NCBI GenBank assembly: GCA_903929765.1
Contig: CAIYVX010000082.1
Coordinates: 16,974-80,973, forward strand
DNA: 64,000 bases
From: an uncultured Planctomycetia bacterium
Lineage (GTDB): Bacteria; Planctomycetota; Phycisphaerae; FEN-1346; JAACEH01
Direction: 5' to 3'
Notes under the pieces: model-generated
The model's database searches: none
The model's input: only the letters and a program-made list of their open reading frames with translations
What the model was told of the DNA's origin: nothing
In this document: positions 15,801-26,125 of the stretch, one piece after another
Numbering within the stretch: the stretch's first letter is position 1
Layout: the number at the start of each line of letters is the position of its first letter
Position numbers and translations under genes: made by a program

Positions 15801-16572
15801 ACTTCTCGCCGATCTGGCGACCGGCCTCGACGATAACCTCGCCCGTCTCCGGGTCGATCACGTCGCCCACCACATACATCTGCTGGGGTTTCTGGCTCGG
15901 CTTGACCTGACTCAGGTTCTGGACTTTGGTCTGGTAGAAGAGCCGGATCAGGTCCACCGAATCGCCGAACTTCGGGTCCATGGCCCGCAGGAACGCCGTG
16001 GCCAGGATCTTGCTCGACTGGTCGATCTTGATGGTCAGAACGTCTTTCTTGGTGACGTTGACCTCGATCCAACTGCCGCGCTCGGGAATGATGCGGCAGG
16101 AGTGCAGGCGCCGGTCGCCGGCCTCCAACTCCACACTGAAGTCGATGCCGGGGCTGCGGTGCAACTGGCTGACGATGACGCGCTCGGCCCCGTTGATGAT
16201 GAATTCGCCGCCGCCCATCATGATCGGCATTTCGCCGAGATAGACGTCCTCTTCGATCACTTCTTCCAGTTGCTTGCCCGACAGGCGAATCCAGATCCGC
16301 AGCGGCATGCCGTAGGTCAGCCGCAACTCGCGGCAATCGGTCGGCCGGTAGCGGGGCTTGCCGAGATCATATTTCACATAATCCAGGGTCAGCGACTCGT
16401 CGTAGGACTTGATCGGAAAAATCTCGCGCAGCGTCGATTCCAGTCCGTGATTCTTGCGCTTTTCCGGATCGACGTCGGCCTGAAGGAACCGCTCGTAAGA
16501 CTTGGTCTGAATCTCCGTCAGGTTCGGGATCTCGATCAAATCCCCCAGACGACCAAAATTGCGGATCTGCAT
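12898..16572 (-). CDS. rpoB: DNA-directed RNA polymerase subunit beta
   Basis: 1224 aa with typical rpoB blocks such as [20 protein letters not shown] and [18 protein letters not shown]. Confidence 0.98.
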   Translation of the reverse strand: MQIRNFGRLGDLIEIPNLTEIQTKSYERFLQADVDPEKRKNHGLESTLREIFPIKSYDESLTLDYVKYDLGKPRYRPTDCRELRLTYGMPLRIWIRLSGKQLEEVIEEDVYLGEMPIMMGGGEFIINGAERVIVSQLHRSPGIDFSVELEAGDRRLHSCRIIPERGSWIEVNVTKKDVLTIKIDQSSKILATAFLRAMDPKFGDSVDLIRLFYQTKVQNLSQVKPSQKPQQMYVVGDVIDPETGEVIVEAGRQIGEKWDVIRNSTIKQLEVVDQKVVDPLILNTLAEDSTKTNDDALLRIYARLRVGNPPNLDKAKQLFFEKFYDENRYRLGRVGRFRLNRKFGTEVKDTEMTLRPEDFIESIRYIMKLRAGEGLVDDIDDLGNRRLRTIDELSGDEIRKGFLKLRRTVQERMSIKDPKEMTPRTLINTKSVSSAIEFFFGRSELSQVVDQTNALSTLAHERRLSALGPGGLNRKRAGFEVRDVHISHYGRICPIETPEGTNIGLIAQLSIFAAVDEYGFLITPYRKVSRSKITDEVVNLRADEDLAAVLAPADVPQDDNKKIKGTTVLSRQGGDFREVAPEDVTYCDVSPKQLVGVSASLIPFLEHDDANRALMGSNMQRQAVPLLRPEPPIVATGMEKPVAQNSGLVVRTKRAGTVTYVDSQRIIIDDEDEYELRKYVGMNERTCLNQTAIVRQGQKVKKGQIVADGAGTNQGELALGKNVLVGFMAWDGFNFEDAILISESLLKDDRFTSIHIEEFDVEIRETKLGREEFTRDIPNVSEKALRNLDEMGVVRVGTRVGPNDLLVGKVSPKSKSELSPEEKLLHAIFGRAGEDVKNDSLTVPAGTEGIVIGHSHFSRLQHLSEDAKKNRQREARKFEKEINARIADVFREIITNLNVMLNTKVADPQNGVEYATSQVEADLVREASAFNYDALKTRSKNVDDGRAYVVRAWPRLQTLLDDRERELNRLKRGDELPSGVLEMVKIYIATKRKLSVGDKMAGRHGNKGVIARILPEEDMPFQADGTPVEILLNPLGVPSRMNVGQILETHLGWAAKLLGFQAITPIFDGCKEDTIHELLEEAGLPSSGKVEMYDGRTGEPFDQQVTVGYIYMMKLHHLVDDKVHARATGPYSLITQQPLGGKARSGGQRFGEMEVWGLEAYGAAHILQELLTVKSDDVEGRTKIYEAIVMGKNKLEAGTPVSFDVLCNEIKGLGLNIQMEKKRI

Positions 16573-16642
16573 AACGTGTGATCCTCTTCTTAAGAAGGCT
16601 TCAGTCTTCAGACCTCAGACTTCAGGAACGGCAGAACACATG

Positions 16643-16672
16643 CCGGGTGCGCGGCCGAAACCGCTCACCCGG
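16643..16672 (-). promoter_or_regulatory. Strong hairpin in the rplL-rpoB spacer (possible attenuator/processing site)
   Basis: CCGGGTG-c-GCGG-ccgaaa-CCGC-t-CACCCGG forms 7+4 bp. It lies in the 152-nt gap between rplL and rpoB, where an attenuator is known in E. coli. There is no clean U-tract on the transcribed strand. Confidence 0.3.
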
Positions 16673-16724
16673 CCTTTTTCTCCAGGCCAACCTCTCCCAA
16701 GAGAGAGGGGTACAATCGCCGCGA

Positions 16725-17150
16725 CTACTTGATCTCGACGGCCGCGCCGACTTCTTCCAGCTTCTTCTTGAGGTCGGCCGCCTCGTCCTTCGAGACGCCG
16801 GTCTTGACCGGCTTGGGGGCGCCGTCCACCAGGTCTTTGGCTTCCTTGAGACCGAGGCTCGTGATTTCGCGCACGACCTTGATCACCGGAATCTTCTTGT
16901 CGCCAGCGCCCACCAGAATGACGTCGAAGGTCGTCTTCTCGGCCGGGGCCGCGGCAGCCGCCGCCGGAGCCGCCATCATCATGCCGCCCGCCGCCGGCTC
17001 AATGCCGTACTGATTCTTCAGATAATCCTTGAGGTCCCGGGCCTGGAGCACCGTCAGGGCCACCAGCTTGTCGCCCAGTTCCTTGATTTCCGGAGCCACT
17101 GCCGCCGCCGGAGTCGCCACCACCGCCGCTGTTTCTTCCGCCATGTTCAA
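16725..17150 (-). CDS. rplL: 50S ribosomal protein L7/L12
   Basis: 141 aa with an Ala-rich hinge and the C-terminal domain [31 protein letters not shown]... Confidence 0.93.
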   Translation of the reverse strand: MNMAEETAAVVATPAAAVAPEIKELGDKLVALTVLQARDLKDYLKNQYGIEPAAGGMMMAAPAAAAAAPAEKTTFDVILVGAGDKKIPVIKVVREITSLGLKEAKDLVDGAPKPVKTGVSKDEAADLKKKLEEVGAAVEIK

Positions 17151-17250
17151 TCTCCTCGACTTCCCTGGGGCCGACCGTCGCCCCCGTTAATGACCAGATT
17201 CCTTATTTGCACTGCTTCCGACCGCCGGCACCCTGCCGGCACGCCGGCCA

Positions 17251-17784
17251 TCATGCCGCTTGTTTGCCTTCCTCCGTACGTTCGGAGATCTTCTCGATCT
17301 GGCTGGCAATTTGCGACGCCGGGGCGTTGATCGCGCCCACCACGCCGGAAACGGTCGCCAGCAATCCGCCCACCACCATGCCCAGCAGTTCCTCACGACC
17401 GGGCAACTTGCTCAGCGCCGTCACGTCGGTGGCACTGAAGACCAGGCCGTCGCCGGCCCCGCCGCGCAGCACCACCATCTTGAACGGTTTGGCGGCCTCG
17501 ACCAGAACCTTGGCCGTGTCGACCAGCGTTTCGCCGCCATAAATCAGCGTGCTCGGCCCCTCCAGCACCGGACGGGCATAGCTCATCTCCATCGCGTCGA
17601 ACGCCCGACCGCAGAGCGAATTTTTGACCACCAGTGCCCGTACGTCTTTCGCACGGAGGGCGGCACGAAACTTCACGGCGTCTTTCACCGTCAGGCCCTT
17701 GGTCGAGACCACCAGCAGGCCCGGTGCGCCTTTGAGCCGCCGGACGATCTCATCGACCACGAGCTGTTTGACTGCCTTACTCAT
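17251..17784 (-). CDS. rplJ: 50S ribosomal protein L10
   Basis: 177 aa, MSKAVKQLVVDEIVRRLKGAPGLLVVSTKGLTVKDAVKFRAALR... is L10-like, upstream of rplL. Confidence 0.9.
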   Translation of the reverse strand: MSKAVKQLVVDEIVRRLKGAPGLLVVSTKGLTVKDAVKFRAALRAKDVRALVVKNSLCGRAFDAMEMSYARPVLEGPSTLIYGGETLVDTAKVLVEAAKPFKMVVLRGGAGDGLVFSATDVTALSKLPGREELLGMVVGGLLATVSGVVGAINAPASQIASQIEKISERTEEGKQAA

Positions 17785-17924
17785 GTCGCTATCCTCGCTT
17801 GAACTTCCACTCTCGAAAAGCCGTTTATGTACACCGCGCTATTGCTCCGGTGAGAAGCGCCGGCCCTCGAAAGCTCGTTCTCCCGAGCCGGCCACCAGAG
17901 TTTTTTCGCGGACGGTTGTCCCGC
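17785..17924 (-). promoter_or_regulatory. Possible L10 leader region (structured 5' UTR)
   Basis: 140-nt rplA-rplJ spacer with nested pairings (GCCGGC...GCCGGC enclosing CTCG-ggagaa-CGAG). The position matches the L10(L12)4 autoregulatory leader known in other bacteria. The fold was not verified. Confidence 0.25.
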
Positions 17925-18608
17925 CTACAGCGCCAACTTGATCCCCGGACTCATCGTCGCCGTCAGGGTCAGGCTCTTGATATAGACGCCCTTGACCGCG
18001 GCCGGCCGAATCCGCCGGATGTGTTCCAGGAAGGCATCAACGTTCTGCTTCAGGGCCGGCGCCGCGAACGACACCTTGCCCACAATCACGTGCAGGTTCC
18101 CGCCGTCGTCGTTGCGGAACTCCACCTTGCCGGCCGCAAATTCCTTAACCGCCTGAACCACGTCCGCCGTCACCGTCCCGGCCTTGGGACTGGGCATCTT
18201 GCCTTGCGGTCCGAGCACGCGGCCCAGCTTGCCCACCTTCGACATCAGCGTCGGATGGGCGATAGCCACGTCGAAATCGAGCCAGCCGCCCTGAACCTTG
18301 GCGATCAGATCGTCGGCCCCGGCCTCAATCGCGCCGGCCGCCTTGGCCTGCTCCGCCGCAGCGCCGTCCACGAAACAGATCACCTTCTTGGTGCCGCCGA
18401 TGCCCTGCGGCAGGCTGAGGGCCCCGCGCAACGTCTGGTCGCTCTGCTTCGGATCGATTCCTAAATTCAGGTGCAACTCGACCGTCTGGTCGAATTTCGT
18501 CTTGGGCAGCGCCAGCAGCAGCGCGATCGCCTCGTCCAACGTATATAGACGCGGTTCGACCTTACCCGCCGATTCCCTGAAACGTTTACTGTGCTTGGTA
18601 ATAACCAT
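17925..18608 (-). CDS. rplA: 50S ribosomal protein L1
   Basis: ORF 17925..18668. ATG 18608 (MVITKHSKRFRESAGKV) has AAGGAG 5 nt upstream. L1-like throughout. Confidence 0.9.
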   Translation of the reverse strand: MVITKHSKRFRESAGKVEPRLYTLDEAIALLLALPKTKFDQTVELHLNLGIDPKQSDQTLRGALSLPQGIGGTKKVICFVDGAAAEQAKAAGAIEAGADDLIAKVQGGWLDFDVAIAHPTLMSKVGKLGRVLGPQGKMPSPKAGTVTADVVQAVKEFAAGKVEFRNDDGGNLHVIVGKVSFAAPALKQNVDAFLEHIRRIRPAAVKGVYIKSLTLTATMSPGIKLAL

Positions 18609-18689
18609 GTTCGCTCCTTGTGGTTCCGGCGATTCCTGTGGCTCCCGAAGAGCCTCGGAATCTCCCACTCCGAAGAGTTCGTTCGAAGG

Positions 18690-19115
18690 CTAGTCCTTGA
18701 TCGTAATGCCCATGCTGCGGGCCGTTCCGGCCACGATTTTCGCCCCGGCTTCGAGGCTGCCCGCGTTCAGGTCCGCCAACTTCGTCTTGGCGATTTCCAG
18801 AACCTGGGCCATCGTCACCGTACCAACGGTCTGGCTGTGCGGCGTGGGAGAGCCTTGCGCAACGCCGGCCGCCTGCTTCAGCAGCACCGACGCCGGCGGG
18901 CTCTTCAGAATGAAGTCGAAGGTCTTGTCGTGGTAGACGTTGATCTCAACCGGGATCGTCGTCCCGTTGAACTCCCGCGTCCGTTCGTTGAACTGGCTGA
19001 TGAACTGCCCGATGTTGACGCCGTGCTGGCCCAGCGCCGGGCCGACCGGAGGCGCAGGCGTCGCCTTGCCGCCGGGACATTGCAACTTGATCTTGGCCAC
19101 TAATTGCTTCGCCAT
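18690..19115 (-). CDS. rplK: 50S ribosomal protein L11
   Basis: [35 protein letters not shown]... is canonical L11. Confidence 0.95.
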   Translation of the reverse strand: MAKQLVAKIKLQCPGGKATPAPPVGPALGQHGVNIGQFISQFNERTREFNGTTIPVEINVYHDKTFDFILKSPPASVLLKQAAGVAQGSPTPHSQTVGTVTMAQVLEIAKTKLADLNAGSLEAGAKIVAGTARSMGITIKD

Positions 19116-19177
19116 TGTTCTTCTCTTCCTTTCGCGGTCCGAACGGAACCCTCACCGGGTTCCTCCCGCAACGAGGA

Positions 19178-19744
19178 TTAAACGGCTTCAACCATCCAGT
19201 ATTCGAGTTCGACCGGCGTCGGCCGACCGAAGATCGTCACGATGACCTTGACCAGGCCCTTCGAGGGCACCACTTCGTCGACCACGCCGTCGAAGTTCTC
19301 GAACGGACCTTCCTTGATCTTGACCGAGTCGCCCTTCTTGAAGTCGATCTTCAGCGTCGGCGCCTGGTCCGGGGCCTTGTCCACCTGAATCAGCAGCTTC
19401 TCAACCTCGTGCGTCTCCATGGCCACGGGCTTCGAGTACTTGCCGCCCTCGGTCCCGATAAAATCGCCGACGCCGTTGGTCTCCCGAATCAGGAACCAGG
19501 CCCGCTCGGGAATCGTCCCGTCTTCTTTCACGTCCATTTCGACGAAAACATAGCCGGGATAAAGCTTGCGCTCCATGATGCGGCGCTTGCCGCTCTTCAT
19601 CACCGAGACGCTTTCGGTCGGCACCAGGACGCGCGCGATCTCGCTCTCCAGGCCCTCAATCCGTATCTTCTCCTGGAGCGTCCGGCAGACACTCACTTCC
19701 CGGTTGCTCTGAACGCGAAGGACCAGCCAGCGCTTCGCCATCAA
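19178..19744 (-). CDS. nusG: Transcription termination/antitermination factor NusG
   Basis: 188 aa with an NGN domain (WLVLRVQSNRE...) and a KOW motif (FKKGDSVKIKEGPFENFDGVV). Lies between secE and rplK. Confidence 0.93.
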   Translation of the reverse strand: MMAKRWLVLRVQSNREVSVCRTLQEKIRIEGLESEIARVLVPTESVSVMKSGKRRIMERKLYPGYVFVEMDVKEDGTIPERAWFLIRETNGVGDFIGTEGGKYSKPVAMETHEVEKLLIQVDKAPDQAPTLKIDFKKGDSVKIKEGPFENFDGVVDEVVPSKGLVKVIVTIFGRPTPVELEYWMVEAV

Positions 19745-19767
19745 AAACCTCGCAGACGCTCAACGGG

Positions 19768-20352
19768 TTAGTAAACGCCTAATTTCTGATTGCCCCAGAT
19801 GACGATCATGTCCGCCAGCCAGATAATCACCGCCAGGATGACCACTGTTGCAATCACCACCGCCGTCGAACCCAGCAACTCCTGCCGGCTCGACCACGAA
19901 ACTTTCTTCATCTCGCTTTCCGTGGCGATCAGGAAGTCGGCGAACCGCTCCTTGTTCACCAGGACGAAAATAAAATATGCCCCGACCAGGAACACCAAAA
20001 ACGGCACGCAATACTGGATGTACATGGCGTAGGGAATCGGGTGGGCCGGGGCCACCTTCCACTTCTTCAGGCCCGCCTTCTCCACCTCGTCAATCATCTG
20101 CTCCGTAACCAGCGTCCCGACCGCGTACTTCGGATTTTCGGTCGTCGGCCAACCGTCCGTCAGCGCCATGCCCTTGGTGTTGTGAATCTCCATCGTCACG
20201 GGCTTGTTACTGGGGATCACCTGCAACAGGTAGGCGTTGATCAGGTAACAAATCGCCCCCAACGCCACCACCAGCCCGACCGCCGTCAGGCTGCGGGTCG
20301 TCTGGCCCTGATTCCTCTTATAGATCGTCGGCAGTACAGGCACTTTTAGCAC
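19768..20352 (-). CDS. secE: Preprotein translocase subunit SecE, long three-TM form
   Basis: The C-terminal ~55 aa (ATESEMKKVSWSSRQELLGSTAVVIATVVILAVIIWLADMIVIWG) look like the SecE core. There are two extra N-terminal hydrophobic segments. Canonical position between tRNA-Trp and nusG. Confidence 0.7.
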   Translation of the reverse strand: MLKVPVLPTIYKRNQGQTTRSLTAVGLVVALGAICYLINAYLLQVIPSNKPVTMEIHNTKGMALTDGWPTTENPKYAVGTLVTEQMIDEVEKAGLKKWKVAPAHPIPYAMYIQYCVPFLVFLVGAYFIFVLVNKERFADFLIATESEMKKVSWSSRQELLGSTAVVIATVVILAVIIWLADMIVIWGNQKLGVY

Positions 20353-20460
20353 CTCTTATTATCGTCCGGCATCCGCGACCTCACCTGGCCGCACTCCGGA
20401 CTCTCTTCGGCCCAGCCGCCACCCTGGGGGGCCTCGCTCAGCGGCTCGACCGGCTCTTTG

Positions 20461-20537
20461 TGGCAGGGGCGGAGGGACTCGGACCCCCAACATGCGGTTT
20501 TGGAAACCGCCGCTCTACCAATTGGAGCTACGCCCCT
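20461..20537 (-). tRNA. trnW: tRNA-Trp (anticodon CCA)
   Basis: The minus strand AGGGGCGTAGCTCCAATTGGTAGAGCGGCGGTTTCCAAAACCGCATGTTGGGGGTCCGAGTCCCTCCGCCCCTGCCA folds as a cloverleaf. Anticodon loop is TT-CCA-AA, and the 3' CCA is encoded. Confidence 0.9.
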
Positions 20538-20570
20538 GTGGATTCTCGTCCGGCCTGCGGCACGGACGGT

Positions 20571-20720
20571 CTACTTCTTCTTCTCCTTGTGCGCCGTGCG
20601 CTTGCGGTCGAACTTGCAATACTTCTTCAGTTCGAGCTTCTTCTGCGCCCGGGAATCGATCTGCGTCCGGTAGTTCCGGTTGCCGCACTCGGTACATTCC
20701 AGTGATACATACTCACGCAT
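20571..20720 (-). CDS. rpmG: 50S ribosomal protein L33
   Basis: ORF 20571..20780. L33 starts at MREYVSLECTECGNRNYRTQ (ATG 20720). 49 aa. Confidence 0.9.
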   Translation of the reverse strand: MREYVSLECTECGNRNYRTQIDSRAQKKLELKKYCKFDRKRTAHKEKKK

Positions 20721-20812
20721 CGAACACACCCCTGAAAAAGACGATGACGCCGCTACGGCAGGTTCTGCTTCTCGGCCCAACCTGCCGCGCTTCGCTTCGT
20801 TGCTCTAGTTCC

Positions 20813-22021
20813 CTAGGCAATAATCTTGGACACCACGCCGGCCCCGATCGTCCGGCCGCCCTCGCGAATCGCGAAACGCAGCCCTTCCTCCATGGCGATC
20901 GGATACCCAAGTTTCACCTTCACCCGGACGTTGTCGCCCGGCATGCACATGTCGGCCCCGCCGCCCAGTTCCAGGCTTCCCGTCACGTCCGTCGTGCGGA
21001 AATAGAACTGCGGCCGGTAACCCGTGAAGAACGGCGTATGGCGGCCGCCTTCCTCTTTCGTCAGAACGTAAATCTCGCCGTCGAATTCCGTGTGCGGCGT
21101 AATCGAACCAGGCGCCGCAATGACCTGACCGCGCTCGATGTCCGTACGCTCCACGCCGCGGAGCAGAACGCCCACGTTGTCGCCGGCCATGCCTTCGTCC
21201 ATCGTCTTCTGGAAAGCCTCGACGCCCGTGACGGTCGTCTTCTTCGCGTCAGGCGACAGACCGATGATTTCCACCGGATCGCCGACGTGCACTTTGCCGC
21301 GCTCGATACGGCCCGTGGCCACCGTGCCGCGGCCCTTGATCGAGAACACGTCTTCAACCGCCAGCAGGAACGGCTTGTCGACCAGACGCACCGGCTCTGG
21401 AATCGACTTATCCAGGGCCGCAACCAGTTCGAGAATGCACTTGCGGGCTTCCGGCGGACAGTTGAGCACCGTGGCCGGCAGGGCCGAGCCGCGAACGACC
21501 GGAATGTCGTCGCCGGGGAATTCGTACTTCGACAGCAGTTCGCGAATTTCCAGTTCGACCAGGTCCAGCAGTTCCGGATCGTCCACCAGGTCGCACTTAT
21601 TCATGAAGACGACCAGCGCCGGCACGTTCACCTGGCGAGCCAGGAGGACGTGTTCGCGCGTCTGCGGCATCGGGCCGTCGGCGGCCGAAACCACCAGGAT
21701 CGCCCCGTCCATCTGGGCCGCGCCCGTGATCATATTCTTCACGTAATCGGCGTGACCGGGGCAGTCGATGTGGGCATAGTGCCGCGTCGCCGACTGATAT
21801 TCGACGTGCGCGACCGCAATGGTCAGAATCTTCGTCGGATCGCGCCGGCCCTGCGACTCGCTGGCCTTGGCGATTTCGTCGTAGCTCTTGCTCTTGGCCA
21901 GGCCTTCGAGCGACAGCACGTTCAGAAGCGCCGCCGTCAAGGTCGTCTTGCCATGGTCAACGTGCCCGATCGTCCCGACGTTCACGTGCGGCTTGGTCCG
22001 TTGGAAAGTTTCTTTAGCCAT
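20813..22021 (-). CDS. tuf: Translation elongation factor Tu
   Basis: [32 protein letters not shown]... The ORF begins at an upstream TTG (22033), but ATG 22021 gives the universal EF-Tu N-terminus. Confidence 0.97.
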   Translation of the reverse strand: MAKETFQRTKPHVNVGTIGHVDHGKTTLTAALLNVLSLEGLAKSKSYDEIAKASESQGRRDPTKILTIAVAHVEYQSATRHYAHIDCPGHADYVKNMITGAAQMDGAILVVSAADGPMPQTREHVLLARQVNVPALVVFMNKCDLVDDPELLDLVELEIRELLSKYEFPGDDIPVVRGSALPATVLNCPPEARKCILELVAALDKSIPEPVRLVDKPFLLAVEDVFSIKGRGTVATGRIERGKVHVGDPVEIIGLSPDAKKTTVTGVEAFQKTMDEGMAGDNVGVLLRGVERTDIERGQVIAAPGSITPHTEFDGEIYVLTKEEGGRHTPFFTGYRPQFYFRTTDVTGSLELGGGADMCMPGDNVRVKVKLGYPIAMEEGLRFAIREGGRTIGAGVVSKIIA

Positions 22022-22110
22022 CGCCGATGTCAACCTCCATGAAAAGGTTATTAGTTTCCGTCTCTACACAGTCCGCGGGGACTTCCCGCGGGAACCGATT
22101 CTCTCGTTAC

Positions 22111-22186
<76 letters not shown>

Positions 22187-22279
22187 GACACTTCTGCGGC
22201 TCCTCAAAAATTCGCCGCCCGCCGCTTCCCAGCACTGATAGACGCCCTGCGCAGGGAACGGCCAACGTTAAGACCGCCC

Positions 22280-22308
22280 ATTAAACCGTAAAGAATCGGT
22301 TACGTCAA
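22280..22308 (-). promoter_or_regulatory. Candidate promoter for tRNA-Thr/tuf
   Basis: Minus strand reads TTGACG(22308-22303)-17 nt-TTTAAT(22285-22280), preceded by an A/T tract, about 90 nt upstream of the tRNA. Confidence 0.45.
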
Positions 22309-22373
22309 CCGAAAAAAAACAAAATTCCGCTTTTTCACCACAAAAAATGAACCCGCCGTTGACTGACCTGAAA

Positions 22374-23870
22374 CTACTCCACGCGTTCCCAGATCGGCTT
22401 GATCCGCTTTTTGCCGCGCTTGCCCAGTACCACCGGCGTTATGCCCGCGATTTCGCACAGGTAAACCAGCGGCTGCACGTGGTCGCCCGCCAGGCCGAGT
22501 ACATGGTTGCATGGGAACGTCGCCAGGAATTCCTCAAAATCGCAGTCCAGCTTGGCGTGAACGTGCGGCCAGGTCGGCGTCGTCTGAGCGTTGAGCTCTT
22601 TCCGCGTCTCGGCGTCCAGTTCGGTCGACTCGCCCGGCACGATCACCATATACGGCTTCTGGTCCCACAGTCCGAGCCGCGCGAACGTCATCGGCCCCGG
22701 CAGAGCGTCGAACTCCACGCTCGCCCCGCCCGCCTTGAAGTAGAACTTCAGCGCCGGGTGGAGCGTCACCGTCTCGAAATTCTTCTTGGCCGTCAGGCTC
22801 TGCGCCGCAAAATAACTGGCGTGGTTGCCCGAGTTGCACCAGTCCCACAAATCGCGGTCCGGGTGATAGAGCCGCACGTCCATGAACAGCGTCGGATAAC
22901 CACCAGAGATATATTTCATTAGCTGCATGGTTATGGCGGCATAGGCGTCGGCTTCCGTGGCGCAGACCGTCGGCTCCTTCGGCCCGTTCCAGTCGTAAGG
23001 ATCGTTCATCAGCATCTCCGGCACGTCGCCCAGGCAGACGTATTCCGTCATCTCGCGCTGCCCCTTCAGCCCGCAGTAGTCGAAGCCGTTTTCCTCGTTG
23101 ACCTGACGCATGGCGCAGTACAGGCGAATCTGCGTCGAGAGCCTCTCCTCCGTCAGCATGTCGCCGTCCCAGAGAATCCGCTGGCCCAGCAGCCGCTTGA
23201 ACCACTGGAGCCCCTTCTTCACCTCCGCCTCATCCACCTTCTTCATCGCCTCTACGAGCCAGAGCTGGTCGATCTGGTAACAGGTCGTGCCCAGCGACTT
23301 CAGCGTCGGCGTCAGGTGGAAAAACCCGGTTTCCATACCCATCGAGTGGCCGCCGTACAGGCCATAGACCTCGTTCTTGATCGTCGTCCGGGCCTGGGCC
23401 GCCCGAACCCAATCGAACACCTGCTGCTGCGTCGCCGCATCGTTCATGTCGCCCACGATCCGATGCGTGCGCCGCCCCGCCTGCCGCAACGCTCCGTCCG
23501 TGGCCAGCAGGCCCACGTTCCCCGGATACTCCCCGTTATTGTTCGACAGGCTCAGGATCGGCGTATCGACGCCGAAGCAATTCACGAACGGCCAGCACAG
23601 ATACGGAAAATCCCAGACGTTGTAGAGCATGATAATGCTGCGGCACCCCGCCTTGAGCAACTGTTCGCCGATCTGCTGGGCCGACCGCACCGAATGGACC
23701 GTCGAGCGGGCCGCGACCAGATTCACCGTGCTGCCGTCGAGATTCTTGACCTTCTTCTCAATCAGCGCCGCCCAGTCCGCGACGATCTTCAGATTCTCCG
23801 CCTGGTTCGCCTTCCACACCGCGTCCCGCCCGTCGTTCAGCATCACAATTCCAATTGGGGTACTTCGCAT
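22374..23870 (-). CDS. L-fucose/L-arabinose isomerase-family sugar isomerase (putative)
   Basis: 498 aa. Overall size and sequence feel match the short FucI-like isomerases. Assigned from memory of the family, not from a search. Confidence 0.5.
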   Translation of the reverse strand: MRSTPIGIVMLNDGRDAVWKANQAENLKIVADWAALIEKKVKNLDGSTVNLVAARSTVHSVRSAQQIGEQLLKAGCRSIIMLYNVWDFPYLCWPFVNCFGVDTPILSLSNNNGEYPGNVGLLATDGALRQAGRRTHRIVGDMNDAATQQQVFDWVRAAQARTTIKNEVYGLYGGHSMGMETGFFHLTPTLKSLGTTCYQIDQLWLVEAMKKVDEAEVKKGLQWFKRLLGQRILWDGDMLTEERLSTQIRLYCAMRQVNEENGFDYCGLKGQREMTEYVCLGDVPEMLMNDPYDWNGPKEPTVCATEADAYAAITMQLMKYISGGYPTLFMDVRLYHPDRDLWDWCNSGNHASYFAAQSLTAKKNFETVTLHPALKFYFKAGGASVEFDALPGPMTFARLGLWDQKPYMVIVPGESTELDAETRKELNAQTTPTWPHVHAKLDCDFEEFLATFPCNHVLGLAGDHVQPLVYLCEIAGITPVVLGKRGKKRIKPIWERVE

Positions 23871-23896
23871 GTTTTGTTTCTCCTTATTTTCTGTCC

Positions 23897-24973
23897 TTAC
23901 CGTGGAAACCGTTCCGGCCGCGTCGGCAGTTTCGGAAACTTGCCGTGCGGCTCCGCCTGATACCAGTACGCCGTGCTGGCGATATCATCCGTCAAGGGCT
24001 GGTACCTAAAGTTCGGCCACCAACCCAGAGCCTGCATCGTCACCCGTAAATCTTTCCCAAACCGCACCGGATCCATAATGTGCCAGCGATACAGGCCGTG
24101 CTTCGGCACCTTACCCTCGCCCTTGACAAACAAGGGATAGCCCAGGAACGCCGTCGTGAACGTCTCGCCCAAAGGATTCTGCGGCGTCTGAAAACCCCAC
24201 GCCCCGCCGAAGTAATCCTCCGTCCCCGTGCCGCAAATGGTCGGATCGTCCTTGTCGCCGTCCATGAAAAACTTGATCTCGCCCTCGCCCCACCACCCGT
24301 CCGACATCTGCGTCCAGGCCAGATACGTGCCGACGTACTGCCCCTGCCCTTTCACTCCGTCCAGAATCGTGTGCTCCGGGCACTCGCGCGTCGTCACGCT
24401 CCGCCGCCACTGGGCATGAAAATACGCCGCCTCCGCCGGCACGTCGGTCAGACTATAGTTGATCTGATAGAAGAACCCGTCGATCTTATCGATATGCTGA
24501 TTCTCGATCGTGATGCGGGCCGACTTCCGGAACGGCATCGGCCAGTAGCAATTCATCCCGCCGCTCGCATTCACCGCCACCGCCAGGCTGTCAATCTTGG
24601 TCCGCAGGGCATGACCGCAGGCGAAGAAATCTCCCAGCGGCACTTCCACGCTCGGCGTCGTCTCCCCATCCCAGTAGAAGCGCAGCAGACAATTCCGATA
24701 AGCGACCTCGGCCACCGTCATCCAGATCTGCCCAATGACGCCAGGCCCCTTGATCTCCGCCAGCGTCACCGTCTCGCCCGCTGGCAGAGTAATACAAGGC
24801 CGCGCTTTCCAGCCTCGCCCCAGGTCGCTCGCCGGACCGCCCGGTTCGGGCTTGGCTTTCGCCCCGCCGCCCTTGGCCCCGTCGGGATTCTCCGCCGAAA
24901 TGCTTCGCGTCTGGGCTTTCGACATCAAAAAGATATTGCCCAGCCCCATGGACAGCCCGCTGAATGAATCCAT
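23897..24973 (-). CDS. DUF2961 / GH172-family glycoside hydrolase-like protein
   Basis: 358 aa. WWGEGEIKFFMDGDKDDPTICGTGTEDYFGGAWGF matches the DUF2961 core motif (GEGDE..DG...GTGTEDYF). Confidence 0.7.
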   Translation of the reverse strand: MDSFSGLSMGLGNIFLMSKAQTRSISAENPDGAKGGGAKAKPEPGGPASDLGRGWKARPCITLPAGETVTLAEIKGPGVIGQIWMTVAEVAYRNCLLRFYWDGETTPSVEVPLGDFFACGHALRTKIDSLAVAVNASGGMNCYWPMPFRKSARITIENQHIDKIDGFFYQINYSLTDVPAEAAYFHAQWRRSVTTRECPEHTILDGVKGQGQYVGTYLAWTQMSDGWWGEGEIKFFMDGDKDDPTICGTGTEDYFGGAWGFQTPQNPLGETFTTAFLGYPLFVKGEGKVPKHGLYRWHIMDPVRFGKDLRVTMQALGWWPNFRYQPLTDDIASTAYWYQAEPHGKFPKLPTRPERFPR

Positions 24974-25061
24974 TACGCCATCCCTTACTTTTTTACCGCC
25001 GGGTACGCATCAAAGTGACCCTCGCGGGCCAAGACTGTTCTTAAAGAACTGCTCTTGGCGC

Positions 25062-26111
25062 TCAGGCGCCGCCGACGCTGACCCAACCTCCGGTCTCGGC
25101 CGAGTCGTACATGGCCAAGGCCAGTTCAAGCGTCTTGCGGCCTTCGCGTCCGGTGATTCGCGGATCACGGTTCCGGCGGATCGCCTCGCACAGATCCTCG
25201 ATCAGGTATTGGTGTTCGAAGTACTGAAACGACGCCGCGCCCGCCGCCCCGGTCGGCCCCTGCTGGGCGCCGATCTGGAGCACCGCCGCGTCCTCCGGCC
25301 GCTCGTCCTCGAACTGGAACCGGACCAGCCGTTCGCCCACCAGCACCGCCGTGCCTTTTGATCCGTTGATTTCGATCCGCAAGTCGCTACCCGGGTACAT
25401 GGCGGTCGAGGCCTGCATCACGCCACGGGCCCCGTTGGCGTACTCGAACAGCGCGGTCGTCGAGTCTTCCACCGGCACTCCGGGATGAGCGAGATTGTCC
25501 ATCCTGGCCCAGACCCGGCTGATCGGACCCAGCAGGTAGAGCAAGAGATCGTAGTAATGAAACGCCTGCTGCACCGTCACTCCGGCCCCATGCTCGCGGC
25601 TCGAGCGCCACGAGTCCAGATGATAATAGCTATCCGGTCGGAACCATTTCATATACACGTCGCCCGACAGCAGCGTTCCGAACCGCCCCTGCGCCAGGGC
25701 CTCGCGGATCGGCACAAGGGCCTTGCGGAACCGACAGTTCAGGCAAATAGCCAGCTTCGTCCCCGAGCGGTCAAAAGCCGCGATCAGCCGGTCCGTCTTC
25801 TCCAGCGTCATGTCCGGCGGCTTCTCCACCAGACAATGCTTGCCCGCCGCCGCCACTTTGATCCCCAACTCCGCGTGTGTGGCGTTCGGTGTCAACACGC
25901 TAATCACGTCGAGATCCTTACGGGCGAGCATGGCCTCGGTCGAACTCTCCGCCTCGCAACCGTAGGTTTTCGCGAACTTCGCCAGGCGTTCGCCATTGGG
26001 ATCGCAGGCCGCCACCAGCGTAGTCTCGGCGGAAGCCTGGAGAGCCTTGGCGTGAAAATCGGCCACCAGCCCCGTGCCGATCAGCCCGAAACGCAACCTT
26101 TTATTTTCCAT
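25062..26111 (-). CDS. Gfo/Idh/MocA-family NAD(P)-dependent oxidoreductase
   Basis: N-terminal Rossmann motif RFGLIGTGLVADFHAKAL plus the EKP motif (CLVEKPP). 349 aa. Confidence 0.85.
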   Translation of the reverse strand: MENKRLRFGLIGTGLVADFHAKALQASAETTLVAACDPNGERLAKFAKTYGCEAESSTEAMLARKDLDVISVLTPNATHAELGIKVAAAGKHCLVEKPPDMTLEKTDRLIAAFDRSGTKLAICLNCRFRKALVPIREALAQGRFGTLLSGDVYMKWFRPDSYYHLDSWRSSREHGAGVTVQQAFHYYDLLLYLLGPISRVWARMDNLAHPGVPVEDSTTALFEYANGARGVMQASTAMYPGSDLRIEINGSKGTAVLVGERLVRFQFEDERPEDAAVLQIGAQQGPTGAAGAASFQYFEHQYLIEDLCEAIRRNRDPRITGREGRKTLELALAMYDSAETGGWVSVGGA

Positions 26112-26125
26112 GACGACCTCCTCGA

